A stretch of 63,681 bases of DNA, filler included, from an uncultured virus (IMG/VR IMGVR_UViG_2061766007_001711) (taxonomy: Duplodnaviria > Heunggongvirae > Uroviricota > Caudoviricetes). It is 5 parts of one record of this genome, joined end to end, with 100 filler letters (N's around TTAATTAATTAA, not from the genome) between each part and the next. Parts side by side here need not be neighbours in the genome. Positions count along the whole stretch, not along the records: positions 32,233 to 54,293 come from IMGVR_UViG_2061766007_001711; positions 54,394 to 63,681 come from IMGVR_UViG_2061766007_001711; 3 more parts are not named here. The stretch is one strand, 5' to 3'. How positions within the stretch are numbered: position 1 is the first letter of the stretch; each line of letters starts with the position of its first letter. The position numbers were made by a program, and so were the translations under genes. Shown one piece after another: positions 49,259 through 59,794 of this stretch. Under the pieces are notes generated by a model. It was given only the letters and a program-made list of their open reading frames with translations. It did no database searches and had not been told where the DNA came from.

Positions 49259-49592
49259 TCATCGGCGAGTCTTTGCCTCCTTGTGTATCAGTTGCAAAAA
49301 CCTTTTCCACGTAGGTTCTTCGGCAAGTGCGAGCCAACGCTTCCGCCATTTACTATAAAAGTCGCCTTTCTTGCAAAAGTATTCTGCATCATGCCCAGGT
49401 TCAAGTTTCCAATAGTCGTCAGTAACCTCATATGTCCTCATCAATCTCAGTGACTCTTTGCACCACTTCGCCATCGCCAAGCAACGCTTATGGTTGGAGT
49501 GACTGAGTTCATCGTAGTATACATTGACCTTGCTCCACGCAGAATCGGTTGCCTTTTGGAGTTCGTCGATATGTTCTTCAAGTTCTTCAATC
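49259..49592 (-). CDS. cassette family A protein (partial)
   Basis: Combines the insert of 38591/48255 with the second variable segment of 40220. Confidence 0.75.
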
Positions 49593-49730
49593 NNNNNNNN
49601 NNGATAGAGTTGAAAAGGTTCTTGGTTTCTTCGTCAGACAGCGCAGCACTTTCGATGATGGTGCTCTGTCCGAGCTTGTACGACTTGTACACAATAATAT
49701 ATCCACCGATGCATGCCATTTGTGTTCTCA

Positions 49731-51762
49731 TTAGCAAATCTCCATGTACTGGTCGTTCTTACTATATGGAATTTCGTACTGGCGAATAGAATCGCCCAAG
49801 AACTTTTCAAGCAATGTTGAACTATTGAACGTTCTAAACATACAATTATCAAGCATAATGCCTGTTTTGCTTTTGAGTTTTCTGGACACCGCGTCAAGTT
49901 CATCCAGGCGCTCTTTCAAACGTCTGATAAGAACTTGCTCCGGAAGTTCGCATGTCATGTACGAACTATCTCTGGCAATCTCGAAACTTACATCCGGGAA
50001 CCACGATTGTATAGTTGCAGCAGCATAGTTCAATTGTTCCGGCTTTGCTTCACTGCTCAGACGGTAAATATCAATACGAGATGTATCACCTTCTTCACAG
50101 ATAAACTTGTCAGGATCCATGTTCGTGCTGAATAATGCACGCAACACAGGGTTCTTAAGACTGCCGAGAACAATTTGTTGCGGCTTGATGTTCAATGCCG
50201 ATACTTCGTTATCTTTGAGAATATAGTCGAGCAACGAATGGGCCATGCTTTCTCGAATTTGAGAAGCACTTCCGTCGAAGATGTTTCCAAAGAACTTGTC
50301 TAGATACGCTTGATTGTGGCAGTACCTTGTTAACATCGCATGAAGAAGATTGCTGCAATGAAAGTTCTGAAGACGACGTTTAATACCACTATCTTCAAAG
50401 TAGATATATCTATTCGATGAAATGACAAAGTTTTGATACGTATCTGCAACGATCGGATCTACGCCTTTGCCTTCATACTGGAAACGGTCTCGGCCAGTCA
50501 TCGACTTCATTATGCCTTGGAGCTGGTCGTTAACACCACTCGCTTCAAACTCAGATATGGACACGAGCCGTTTGCCCATAAGAGACATTGTGAAGCGAAG
50601 TTGTTGAGGTGCGAACGCGGTAAAGGTGTCGCCAAACATCGTTTGCAGTATAGAGACAAGTTTTGACTTTCCATTACCGCCTGCGTCAAAGTCATTAAGG
50701 TATAGGATTATTCCAGTTGCACTATCTGGATAACGAACCATGAAGTGTATCACTTTGTACAGCTGTGCCCAATCCTCAGCTCGTCCACCAGAAACTAAGA
50801 ACAGCAGTAACATTGCGCGCTCGAGGTTTTCCTCAGACACAAGTTCAGGATTCACGTGCGTCATTTGAGCGCATACGTTTCGATACATACGATCGTCGCG
50901 CACAAAGAACCCAAATGGGTCACTTGCTTTGAATGACGATATGATTTTGATACGCTGCAAGTTTGGTGCCAGATGTTTGAACACGCCATCGTACGGAGCT
51001 TCGTATGGTTGTTCCTTCAGGAGGTCAAGACCATCGAACTTTTCGACACCACCGATTTCATTGAGCCTAGACTGCGAGAGCTTTGCACCAATAATACGCT
51101 CGTCGGCATCAAGTCCGTCCAGCGGCATACTTTCCGGNNNNNNNNNNCGCACATACGTTTCGATACATACGGTCGTCGCGCACAAAGAACCCGAATGGGT
51201 CACTCGCTTTGAACGATGATATGATTTTGATACGTTGCAAGTTTGGTGCCAGATGTTTGAACACACCATCGTACGGAGCTTCGTAAGGTTGTTCCTTCAG
51301 AAGATCAAGACCATCAAACTTTTCGACACCGCCGATTTCATTGAGCCTAGACTGTGAGAGTTTTGCTCCAATGATTCGTTCGTCAGCGTCAAGTCCGTCC
51401 AGCGGCATACTTTCAGGCGAACAGTTCTTAGACCGAGGAATAAGTCTGAAGTCGCCGTTACGATTGCGATATACAAAGTCGCGGATATATTCAATTTGTG
51501 TATCATCGAATGTAAGTTTCGAACGTACAGGTTGACGATCACCGAATGCCGCGAGCACATCGGCATCCGCGACCGGCAGTGATACATATACGTCAAGAAC
51601 TTCACGTTGTGTAGCAGATTTTGCTACAGAACGCATGGTCTCGACAATATCGCGATAAACTTCACCAGGTGTTTTATTGTCGAAGTCTATCTTTTGCATC
51701 ACAAGTTTTTGCGATTTAACTGGCATAGTTGCCAGTATAGAAAGAAGTTTGTCAAGTACCAT
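49731..51762 (-). CDS. primase-associated SF3 (D5-like) helicase
   Basis: Walker A GGNGKSKL, Walker B KRLVSISE, motif C FVISSN, IKRR; allele join at 51138-51147. Confidence 0.8.
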
Positions 51763-52898
51763 TAAATGAAGTCCTTACGAATTAAGTCTCCGAGAGATTT
51801 GATGCCTTTGCGTTGGATCTTGGACAAATGAGTTTCCACGAGATCTTCACGATGCCACAAGGTAAGTTCAACGTCAAGGTCGCGACGGTACTGACTGAAG
51901 TCGATATACTTAAAGTATTTTTCGAGTTCAGGCATATCTTGAGACCATACGCCAAATCTTGCTTTGATTGCGCCAGACTTGCGGTCGATGAGTTCTCGAC
52001 TAAAGCCAATAGGCACTGCATCAGGACAATCACGAGTAGTCCACATGAAGTAATAGTTCTTATGCTCCATGGGTTGGCCATCGATCATCGCATATTTGCT
52101 CGCGGCCGATTTGTGGTACTTAACAATGAAGTCGTCCCACTTGAAGTTTTCCCAGTCGACGATTGCATGGTCCGAAATCAAAGACCTAAACAGGCAATTG
52201 TACATTGCACGGTTAGAGTTCTTATTGACAATGTCGGAATACGCAGTTCCCTTACCGCCAGTGATCACGCCGTTTTCATCGTACATAATGTAGTTGTTAA
52301 CGTCGCGAATATAAACTTCAGGCAGATATTCTTCTTCCAAAGTCAAACCGTACTTCTCTTGCATCTTCTGCATCATCATGCGACAAGCATTGATGTTTGC
52401 TTCACCTCGCACGAATACGGAGTCGGTATTGATTTCGATAAGGTTTTCAAATTCAGGACAAGCAAACGCCAGTTCTGAAATGAGAAGTTGACCGATGTAA
52501 CACATCGCTTCGCCTGCAGCAGGGTCAAACATTGTACTATATGCTGCCTTCACGCGGAAGGCACCAGACGGAGCATTCAAGAAGAGTTTCAAGCCGTGGT
52601 CCACAATCTGTAGTTCAGGGTTTGTTTTCTTCTTATGTTTGACTTCGTTGATACGATACAAGCGTTTATCGTTGTAAATCATATTGGCACGTGCGGTCTT
52701 GAGCAGATTCCACAATGCAATGATCGACGGATACAGACTTGCAAAGTCGAAAATCCACATGCCTTTGTAATGACCAGGACGAATGAAATGCGCACCGCCC
52801 TTGCCATATACAATGCCTTTATATGTCGTTTCGAATTCCAACGAAGGAGCTTTCGCGATGTAACCAATTATCAACTTCACGTCAACCGGCACGTCGAA
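51762..52898 (-). CDS. family B DNA polymerase, polymerase domain (5' part missing)
   Basis: FDFASLYPSII (A), LKLFLNAPSG (B), EINTDSV (C), RDVNNY; allele at 52909-53247, upstream piece at 54394-54492(+). Confidence 0.88.
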   Translation of the reverse strand, partial: FDVPVDVKLIIGYIAKAPSLEFETTYKGIVYGKGGAHFIRPGHYKGMWIFDFASLYPSIIALWNLLKTARANMIYNDKRLYRINEVKHKKKTNPELQIVDHGLKLFLNAPSGAFRVKAAYSTMFDPAAGEAMCYIGQLLISELAFACPEFENLIEINTDSVFVRGEANINACRMMMQKMQEKYGLTLEEEYLPEVYIRDVNNYIMYDENGVITGGKGTAYSDIVNKNSNRAMYNCLFRSLISDHAIVDWENFKWDDFIVKYHKSAASKYAMIDGQPMEHKNYYFMWTTRDCPDAVPIGFSRELIDRKSGAIKARFGVWSQDMPELEKYFKYIDFSQYRRDLDVELTLWHREDLVETHLSKIQRKGIKSLGDLIRKDFI

Positions 52899-53280
52899 NN
52901 NNNNNNNNTGGACAAGCAAATGCCAGTTCTGAAATGAGAAGTTGACCGATATAACACATCGCTTCGCCTGCAGCAGGGTCAAACATTGTACTGTATGCTG
53001 CCTTCACGCGGAACGCACCAGACGGAGCATTCAAGAAGAGTTTCAAGCCATGGTCAACAATTTGTAGTTCAGGGTTCGTTTTCTTCTTGTGTTTGACTTC
53101 GTTGATACGATACAAGCGTTTATCGTTATAAATCATATTGGCACGTGCGGTCTTGAGCAAATTCCACAATGCAATGATCGACGGATACAGACTTGCGAAG
53201 TCGAAAATCCACATGCCTTTGTAATGACCAGGACGAATGAAATGCGCNNNNNNNNNNTAAATATCAATTTTATCTTGCAC

Positions 53281-53513
53281 TCATTTTAAATTTACCTCAT
53301 GTACTATTCCGGCACCTTCATTGTTATGCCGATGTTGATCGTGCTCTGCCCAATATCTGTTATCTGTCCACTTTCTGATCATATCGCGGAACTCATTATA
53401 GCACACCGGGCATAGATCTATCCAGAACGGTCCAAACGTGTTATCGCTATTACATCCACGAATTGTTCGATCTGGTATATGTGCTTGGCATTTGTCACAG
53501 TACATCATCATCA
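53281..53513 (-). CDS. small zinc-finger-like protein (several alleles)
   Basis: YCDKC...IDLCPVC; partial copies at about 45552-45592, 53567-53707, 54159-54293 and 63604-63640. Confidence 0.65.
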
Positions 53514-53755
53514 TGTCTCCTCTACCCAGTGGTCGCATATACCGAGTGTATCGGTANNNNNNNNNNAATGTTGATCGTGCTCTGCCTAGCATCGGTTATT
53601 CGTCCACTTTCTGAGCATATCGCGGAACTCATTATAGCACTCCGGGCATAGATCTATACAGAACGGTCCAAACGTGTGATCGCGATTACATCCACAAATT
53701 GTTCGATNNNNNNNNNNTGATAGAGTTCGTATCGGTGGGTTATATAATAAATAAT

Positions 53756-53784
53756 AAAAACCCTGGATATTCTCCAGGGCTTTC
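53756..53784 (-). terminator. intrinsic terminator
   Basis: CCCTGGA/TCCAGGG stem with a T-run on the minus strand right after the 53785 stop. Confidence 0.75.
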
Positions 53785-54162
53785 TTATATCATATCAATC
53801 TTATCTACCGGCCAAAGTTTAACGTGCTCATCATTAATCTTAGGCGCAAAGAATCTTACGCTAATACGTTGGAAGGTACGAGTGAAGTGTAGTTGATATA
53901 TCTTGTGCTTAATAAATGTGGCTAATGTTTCTGTATATGCACGTATAATCGAATCTGCCAGTTTATTTATTGTCATATCCGTGATTTCCATAGCACCTTG
54001 TATTGTGCTCATTGGCGGTATTTCGTAGTCGACACCTATTTGCTGGATGTTGTCTTCCATGATGCTACGTATACGTGCCATTTCATATGCGCACTCACGC
54101 CCATATGATTCGATTATTTCTATGCGTTTCTTTAGCTTTTTAAGTTTAAGTCTTGCACTCAT
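53785..54162 (-). CDS. hypothetical protein
   Basis: GAGG RBS, ATGA coupling, terminator downstream. Confidence 0.65.
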   Translation of the reverse strand: MSARLKLKKLKKRIEIIESYGRECAYEMARIRSIMEDNIQQIGVDYEIPPMSTIQGAMEITDMTINKLADSIIRAYTETLATFIKHKIYQLHFTRTFQRISVRFFAPKINDEHVKLWPVDKIDMI

Positions 54163-54525
54163 TTTAAATTTACCTCATGTACTATTCCGGCATCTTCATT
54201 GTTATGCCGATGTTGATCGTACTCTGCCCAACATCTGTTATTTGTCCACTTTCTGAGCATATCGCGGAACTCATTATAGCACTCCGGGCATAGNNNNNNN
54301 NNNNNNNNNNNNNNNNNNNNNNNNNNNNNNNNNNNNNTTAATTAATTAANNNNNNNNNNNNNNNNNNNNNNNNNNNNNNNNNNNNNNNNNNNNTATTCCG
54401 CCAAAGACAAATCAACCGCTGGCATTGTTCGACCTGAAGCAATTCGACGTGCCGGTTGACGTGAAGTTGATAATTGGTTACATCGCGAAAGCNNNNNNNN
54501 NNAGTACCTCGCGGAGGAGGACTAG

Positions 54526-55044
54526 ATGGCACGCCGCACCGGAAACATGGTCCTTGACGCGCTCCTCGCCGGCAACCCAGGCGCGAGGGCGTTCGACCGC
54601 GCGCTCGAGAACACCGAGCGCAACATGGGGCCCATCACGCTCATGGGAGGAGAGTCCGCCGCGGACGTGAACCCCAACGCCCTCTACAAGTCCAGCTACA
54701 AGCAGGCCATCAACCCCGGCGCATCGAAGGCCGGAACGTGCGACTATTGCCTGCGCTCAAACGGGCGCGTATTCCGCGGGGCCGACATCATCATGCAGGA
54801 CGGGACGGTAGGACACCACCCTAACTGCAAGTGCATCTTCACGCTCACGCAGTCGCCCGTGTCCAACGGCGTCTACACCGGGGCGGATTTCGGCGCACGC
54901 AAGCAGCTCCGCACGAACTCCAACGCCCTCGACAGCGTGGCGACATCCGACCTCCGCGTCCTCGCGCAGAAGCGCGGACTCCGTTCCCGTGGCATCACCA
55001 ACGACGCCCTCCGTAAATCCATTTTGAAATCCTACATGAAATAA
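54526..55044 (+). CDS. small MuF-like protein (allele)
   Basis: CDYC...HHPNCKC; highly similar to 9241-9756. Confidence 0.65.
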   Translation: MARRTGNMVLDALLAGNPGARAFDRALENTERNMGPITLMGGESAADVNPNALYKSSYKQAINPGASKAGTCDYCLRSNGRVFRGADIIMQDGTVGHHPNCKCIFTLTQSPVSNGVYTGADFGARKQLRTNSNALDSVATSDLRVLAQKRGLRSRGITNDALRKSILKSYMK

Positions 55045-55056
55045 GGAGCAAGAATT

Positions 55057-56358
55057 ATGGCCTTGAGCACCACCCAATACGGCTACATCATCGACCCGCT
55101 CGTTCCGCTTACCGACGACACGGGGCGCACCATCTCGAACGGCTACGTCCGCGTTTTCATGGCGGGAACTTCAACGCCGGTAATCACGTACAAGAACTTT
55201 GACGGGGCGGCCAACGAGGAGACCGTGCAGCTCGACAACAGCGGCCGCACTGCATACCCCGTAATCGGGAGCAAGGGCAGCACGTACAAGGTGTGCGTCT
55301 ACGACGCCGAGCACTCCCAGGAAACGCCCATCAAGACCATCGACAAGGTGGTCCCGACTGGCGCGAGCGTGAACGCGACGAACGTGGTGCAGGGATTGAA
55401 CGCCGCCGAGGGTAGTGGATGGGTTAACGCAACCGTAACGGGCGGCGACACTATGGAAATGAAGCTCGACGTGTCCGCCGTGCCCGACAACAAGGACACC
55501 ATCGCGAAAATATTGGCGTCAAAGAATAATTTCATGGTGCCTCTTGTGTCCAAGGACGGGACGGCGGACGACGCGAAAATCTTGCTCGAGAAATTGACGG
55601 ATGGCTTTTTTTTCAACGCGACCACGTCATCGCTTCCTTCCGCTTCCGACGTTTACGATGCGGTCGCGGGTCGCCTCGACCCGGTAATCTTTTTAAACAC
55701 ATCATCGGGAGGAGTTTCGCTCGTCGTAGCCTTGCGCCTGAACAAGTTCGATAACGCCGGCGACACGAAGCGCATGGTGTTCTCGTCTACGGAATACGAC
55801 AACAAGTTCTACGAGATTAAGTATGAATCCCAGAATGGCGGGACGACGTGGACGAGCTCCTATTCTGTGCACGCGACCGCCATCATCGAGGGCGACGCGT
55901 TGAACACCCCGCCGGAAGGAACGAAGGTTCTCGCGGCGTACAACGAAGGCAAAATCCCGGTCGTCAAAATCTTGACTTCCATCGGGGCTTATCAGGTGTA
56001 CACCATGACGTATGCCAACACGTACGGGTCTACGTACAGACGCTTCTATTTCAACTCTATAACGGCTCGCAACGGCACGGATAACGTGCTCAAGTACGAA
56101 TCCAGCAATGGCGGCTCGTCTTTCACCGCGGACATCTCGCAGAGGAAGTATACGCCGCGCGAAGCCATTGCTGGCGACTACGACACCTCTGGTGTGACGG
56201 AATACAACACGGGCGACCTCGTTTTTCACGAGGATGGCTACGGCGTGAACGGGCTTTTCCGTTGCAATGAGGACGAGGTGTCCGGGATTTGGAACGCATC
56301 GAAGTGGACATCGACCACTGTCGCGGCTGAACTGAAAAGACTCGCAGGTTTAATTTAA
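55057..56358 (+). CDS. tail fibre/tailspike adaptor (long allele)
   Basis: Same N-terminal domain as 8422-9228, then two related domains and a YNTGDLVFH...LFRC...WNASKW module. Confidence 0.75.
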   Translation: MALSTTQYGYIIDPLVPLTDDTGRTISNGYVRVFMAGTSTPVITYKNFDGAANEETVQLDNSGRTAYPVIGSKGSTYKVCVYDAEHSQETPIKTIDKVVPTGASVNATNVVQGLNAAEGSGWVNATVTGGDTMEMKLDVSAVPDNKDTIAKILASKNNFMVPLVSKDGTADDAKILLEKLTDGFFFNATTSSLPSASDVYDAVAGRLDPVIFLNTSSGGVSLVVALRLNKFDNAGDTKRMVFSSTEYDNKFYEIKYESQNGGTTWTSSYSVHATAIIEGDALNTPPEGTKVLAAYNEGKIPVVKILTSIGAYQVYTMTYANTYGSTYRRFYFNSITARNGTDNVLKYESSNGGSSFTADISQRKYTPREAIAGDYDTSGVTEYNTGDLVFHEDGYGVNGLFRCNEDEVSGIWNASKWTSTTVAAELKRLAGLI

Positions 56359-56573
56359 CAAAAAGGAAATGAACATGAAAAAGTACATTCTCTCCATCAA
56401 TTTCGGCAACGCCGGGAAGTACACCCTCACGGGCAACTCCGCCGCCGCTTCCTTCAACCCCTCCGCNNNNNNNNNNTACCAAATGGAAGTTTGAGACGGA
56501 CATCAAGATCGTCAACACTAGTACTCTTAATCCGGAGTCTGTACCCGAGTCGGCAAGCGAGTCAAACCCGCTC

Positions 56574-57758
56574 ATGACTGCGGAAGACACGGAGCGCATG
56601 ATCAACGCGATGAAGCCGATTGATACCATGACACTTCGCTTCGAGTTCAGTAAGAAGGACTACAACCCAAATACGGCGGGAGTCGGTTCTGCGGGTACTT
56701 GGACGAAAGTGGACTCTCCGACCTTGAACATCTGGGACTGGAAGAACACGAACACCGATTGGAGTGAGGCTTTCAAAGGTGCTTTCCCCGATGCAGACAA
56801 CGAGGTGCGTATAATCGCTGCTGGCGACACAAGCAGCGTTACAAAGATGGACAAATTGTTTGCGGGTGTCTATGCCAGTACCCCAACATCAGGCACATAT
56901 TCTGTGACTACAAGGAACAATGTTGTAGGATGTGTTGCATTTGACGTTAGCAGCATGACAAAGATGAACGCTGTGTTTGTTGCAAGCAACCTCAAGCGTG
57001 TCGTGTACTTTGACTTTTCTGCTAACAACAGTAACTGTGAATGTGACTATCTTTTTGCTGACACTCTCATTGAAGAAGTAGGCGATATATCCTTCAAGGT
57101 CAAATACTTAACAGGTGTTTTTGCAAGGTGTAATATGCTCAAGAGAGTAGGTACACTTACGATTGACGAAAATGTTCATTCCTCTACGTCTAACACAGCA
57201 TTTTTCTTAAGATGTGGTCAACTTGAGGAGATTGAAGGAGTGAATGGCACAAGCACAATACAAAAGTTTCAAAGTATGTTTATGGCGTGCAACAAGTTGA
57301 AGAAAATAGGAGGTTCTTTAGATTGTTCTTCTGCCAAGTCTATCAATTCGTGTTTTGGCGGGTGCAATTCTTTGGAAAAATTGCCTAAACTTGTTGGTCT
57401 CAGTAATAGCATAACAGATGCTGCTTCCGCTTTTAGCGGTTGTTGGAAAATACCCGAAGCCCCTCTGTTTGACACTTCTAACGTGACAGTCATAGGTTCT
57501 ATGCTTTCGGGTTGCCGTGAGATTACGAAAATTCCGGACTATGATTTTTCCTCTGTCACTGGAGGTGTGAACTACTTTGCAGCGAATACTTATAAAGTAA
57601 AGGAAGGGATTCTCGAAACTTATAACAAACTTCTCGACAGGGGCACTTCCATCACATCACATACAGATACATTTCAGAATTGCGGACGTGACACTTCTCA
57701 AGGCCGTGCTGCACTCGCGCAGATTCCTCAGTCTTGGGGCGGTCTCGCGGAGGGATAA
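56574..57758 (+). CDS. BspA/DUF285-like repeat protein (true start probably upstream)
   Basis: Repeats of FDTSNVT..SMLSGC / MFMACNKL type; TLRFEFSKKDYNP domain. Confidence 0.75.
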   Translation: MTAEDTERMINAMKPIDTMTLRFEFSKKDYNPNTAGVGSAGTWTKVDSPTLNIWDWKNTNTDWSEAFKGAFPDADNEVRIIAAGDTSSVTKMDKLFAGVYASTPTSGTYSVTTRNNVVGCVAFDVSSMTKMNAVFVASNLKRVVYFDFSANNSNCECDYLFADTLIEEVGDISFKVKYLTGVFARCNMLKRVGTLTIDENVHSSTSNTAFFLRCGQLEEIEGVNGTSTIQKFQSMFMACNKLKKIGGSLDCSSAKSINSCFGGCNSLEKLPKLVGLSNSITDAASAFSGCWKIPEAPLFDTSNVTVIGSMLSGCREITKIPDYDFSSVTGGVNYFAANTYKVKEGILETYNKLLDRGTSITSHTDTFQNCGRDTSQGRAALAQIPQSWGGLAEG

Positions 57759-57833
57759 TCCATGCAGAAGCAGTGGATGGAGTTCCTCAAGCCCTTGGTG
57801 GTGGCATTGATAGCACTTGCCACNNNNNNNNNN

Positions 57834-58331
57834 GAGAACGCAATCGAGACTGCCGAGGACTGGAACCCGGCTCATTGGACACAGACTACTGTCGCCGAGA
57901 TGATGGCCGGTGCAGGTGGCGGCGGCGGTAGCGCGGGCTATACACAACGCGATGTAACTGTCGGTGTTGAAGATGGCGTACATCCAGTAGTAGACGTGCA
58001 AAATCGTAGTGTCACCGTAGCCTCTACTTCTACTGGTAATGCGACTGTTCCATGGAAGATTATAATCGACAATGACTGTACTGATGCCATCATCATCCTT
58101 AAGTTTATTGGCTATACAATGAAACCCAGTAACATTACGATAACTCGTGCCAATAACAATCCATTGACTTTATATGGCACGAAAGGCCAAATGGTTAGCG
58201 CTGAAGTTAATGATGGCGGTTGTGGTTATGACTTTACTCCATTCTTCAATGGAGTAAATAGAGACCCGTGCGCTGAAGTGCTTATTCATATTTGTGGTGA
58301 TACGGCGTTGCTGTCGTTTACAGTAGCATAG
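57834..58331 (+). CDS. tail fibre C-terminal fragment
   Basis: AEDWNPAHWTQTTV module, poly-Gly hinge, beta-rich domain. Confidence 0.55.
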   Translation, partial: ENAIETAEDWNPAHWTQTTVAEMMAGAGGGGGSAGYTQRDVTVGVEDGVHPVVDVQNRSVTVASTSTGNATVPWKIIIDNDCTDAIIILKFIGYTMKPSNITITRANNNPLTLYGTKGQMVSAEVNDGGCGYDFTPFFNGVNRDPCAEVLIHICGDTALLSFTVA

Positions 58332-58332
58332 T

Positions 58333-59106
58333 ATGTATACCGCCCTCCTCCTTACACGATACTTCCTGCAAGAAACCGACTTCGACGAGTGGGTCCAACA
58401 CCACTTGTCACTCGGGTTCTCGCACGTCCATGTCTTTGACAACGGGACGGTATTCGATTTGGAATCCACTTGTAAGAAGTATGGTGACAACGTATCGTAT
58501 GAGAAGGTGGAAGGTCACGTATGCCAGTATGCGTTGTATGAGAAGTACATCAAGGGGTGCGATGCCGAGTACGTCATGCCGATAGATGATGACGAGTACC
58601 TGTCGCTCGGCACGTTCAAGTCCATCGGAGACTTGCTTGAGCACTTCGGCAAGCCGGACTGTTTCGGATTCAGGTGGAAGTACATGTTCCCGAAGCATTT
58701 CGGCAGGGTACGGAATGTTCCGGTACTTAGGTATTGTACTGAAAATGATACGACTGCGGCCAGATTTTTCTTTGGTGACAATACGATAAAGTGCATCGTA
58801 AAGTGCTCCGAATTCGTCCGCTACATGGATTCCGGTGAGAGCATGCAGCGAAACCACATTCCTGTCACGAAGCAGGACTTGGGGGCTCTACTTTGGGACG
58901 GACGACGTACGACTTCGCAGACTGTGCATGACCTAAAGGATGAACCGGTACGACTTCTGCACTGCCCGTATAAAGGATATGACGAGTTCCTCAACACCCG
59001 TGGAAGTGATAGATACGGGGTATCGAGACAACGGGCTGTCATACGAAAGGGTAAGCTACACTTTTTGAAATGGTTGGAGAAAAACAATGAGCGACAAACA
59101 GCCTAA
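58333..59106 (+). CDS. glycosyltransferase (GT-A, family 2/92-like)
   Basis: EWVQHHLSLGFSHVHVFDNG...Q..LY...PIDDDEYL...KCIV. Confidence 0.85.
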   Translation: MYTALLLTRYFLQETDFDEWVQHHLSLGFSHVHVFDNGTVFDLESTCKKYGDNVSYEKVEGHVCQYALYEKYIKGCDAEYVMPIDDDEYLSLGTFKSIGDLLEHFGKPDCFGFRWKYMFPKHFGRVRNVPVLRYCTENDTTAARFFFGDNTIKCIVKCSEFVRYMDSGESMQRNHIPVTKQDLGALLWDGRRTTSQTVHDLKDEPVRLLHCPYKGYDEFLNTRGSDRYGVSRQRAVIRKGKLHFLKWLEKNNERQTA

Positions 59107-59335
59107 CACTTGGATGGAGTTCCTCAAGCCCTTGGTGGTGGCATTGATAGCACTTGCCACCGCAGCCACGGCATATCTCCAGCGCACCGACAGCTCCGCC
59201 ATGGACTCCCGCATGACGGCACTCGAGGTGCAGGTGCAGGAGATACAGCCATGGCGGAGCAAGGTGGACGGCCTCCTGTCAGACATACGCTCGGACGTGT
59301 CCTTCATCCGTGGCAAGATGGAGGCAGGTAAATGA
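59087..59335 (+). CDS. holin-like membrane protein
   Basis: One TM helix plus coiled coil, upstream of the DUF1353-like gene. Confidence 0.55.
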   Translation: MSDKQPNTWMEFLKPLVVALIALATAATAYLQRTDSSAMDSRMTALEVQVQEIQPWRSKVDGLLSDIRSDVSFIRGKMEAGK

Positions 59336-59793
59336 CCGTCATACTCAAGTCGGCGCAGATTCTCAAGCCGATACAGGTGGCCGAAGGTCGTCTCAAGGGC
59401 GACTTGGTGTATGCCTTTGAGAAAGACTTCGCGATGATGATGTACACGTCAAGGGGCAACTACCTCTGGCAGCTCAAGGAAGGTTACATCAGCAACTGCG
59501 GATCTATTCCTTGGCTCGCACAGAAACTACTGCGGGTGAAGTCATTCGACCCCAAGAACACCATGCAAAATGCCTTCTTCTTCTTTCACGACGACCTGTA
59601 CCAGAAGAAGGGCTACGACATCTTCGACCGCGAGGACTCCGACTCCCTTTGCAGGGGAGGCCTGAGGGAATCAGGCAAGAGCAGGTGGCAAGCGTCCACC
59701 ATTGACTTCGGCCTGCACCTCGGCGCATGGGGACACTGGGGCGATAACAAGTATAAGAACCTTGACTATATGTCAAGTCTATCGGAGAAATAA
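59332..59793 (+). CDS. DUF1353-like protein
   Basis: GYISNCGSIP...FFHDDLY...REDSDSL matches the TDxASIP...HDxLY...RxxAD pattern. Confidence 0.75.
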   Translation: MTVILKSAQILKPIQVAEGRLKGDLVYAFEKDFAMMMYTSRGNYLWQLKEGYISNCGSIPWLAQKLLRVKSFDPKNTMQNAFFFFHDDLYQKKGYDIFDREDSDSLCRGGLRESGKSRWQASTIDFGLHLGAWGHWGDNKYKNLDYMSSLSEK

Positions 59794-59794
59794 T

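Noticed and set aside
38591..49592. CRISPR array or integron formed by the constant blocks
   Set aside because: Repeats are coding, irregularly spaced and degenerate at third positions; no cas operon, integrase or attC structure. The Cas4-like gene sits in a normal Sak4/SSB recombination module.
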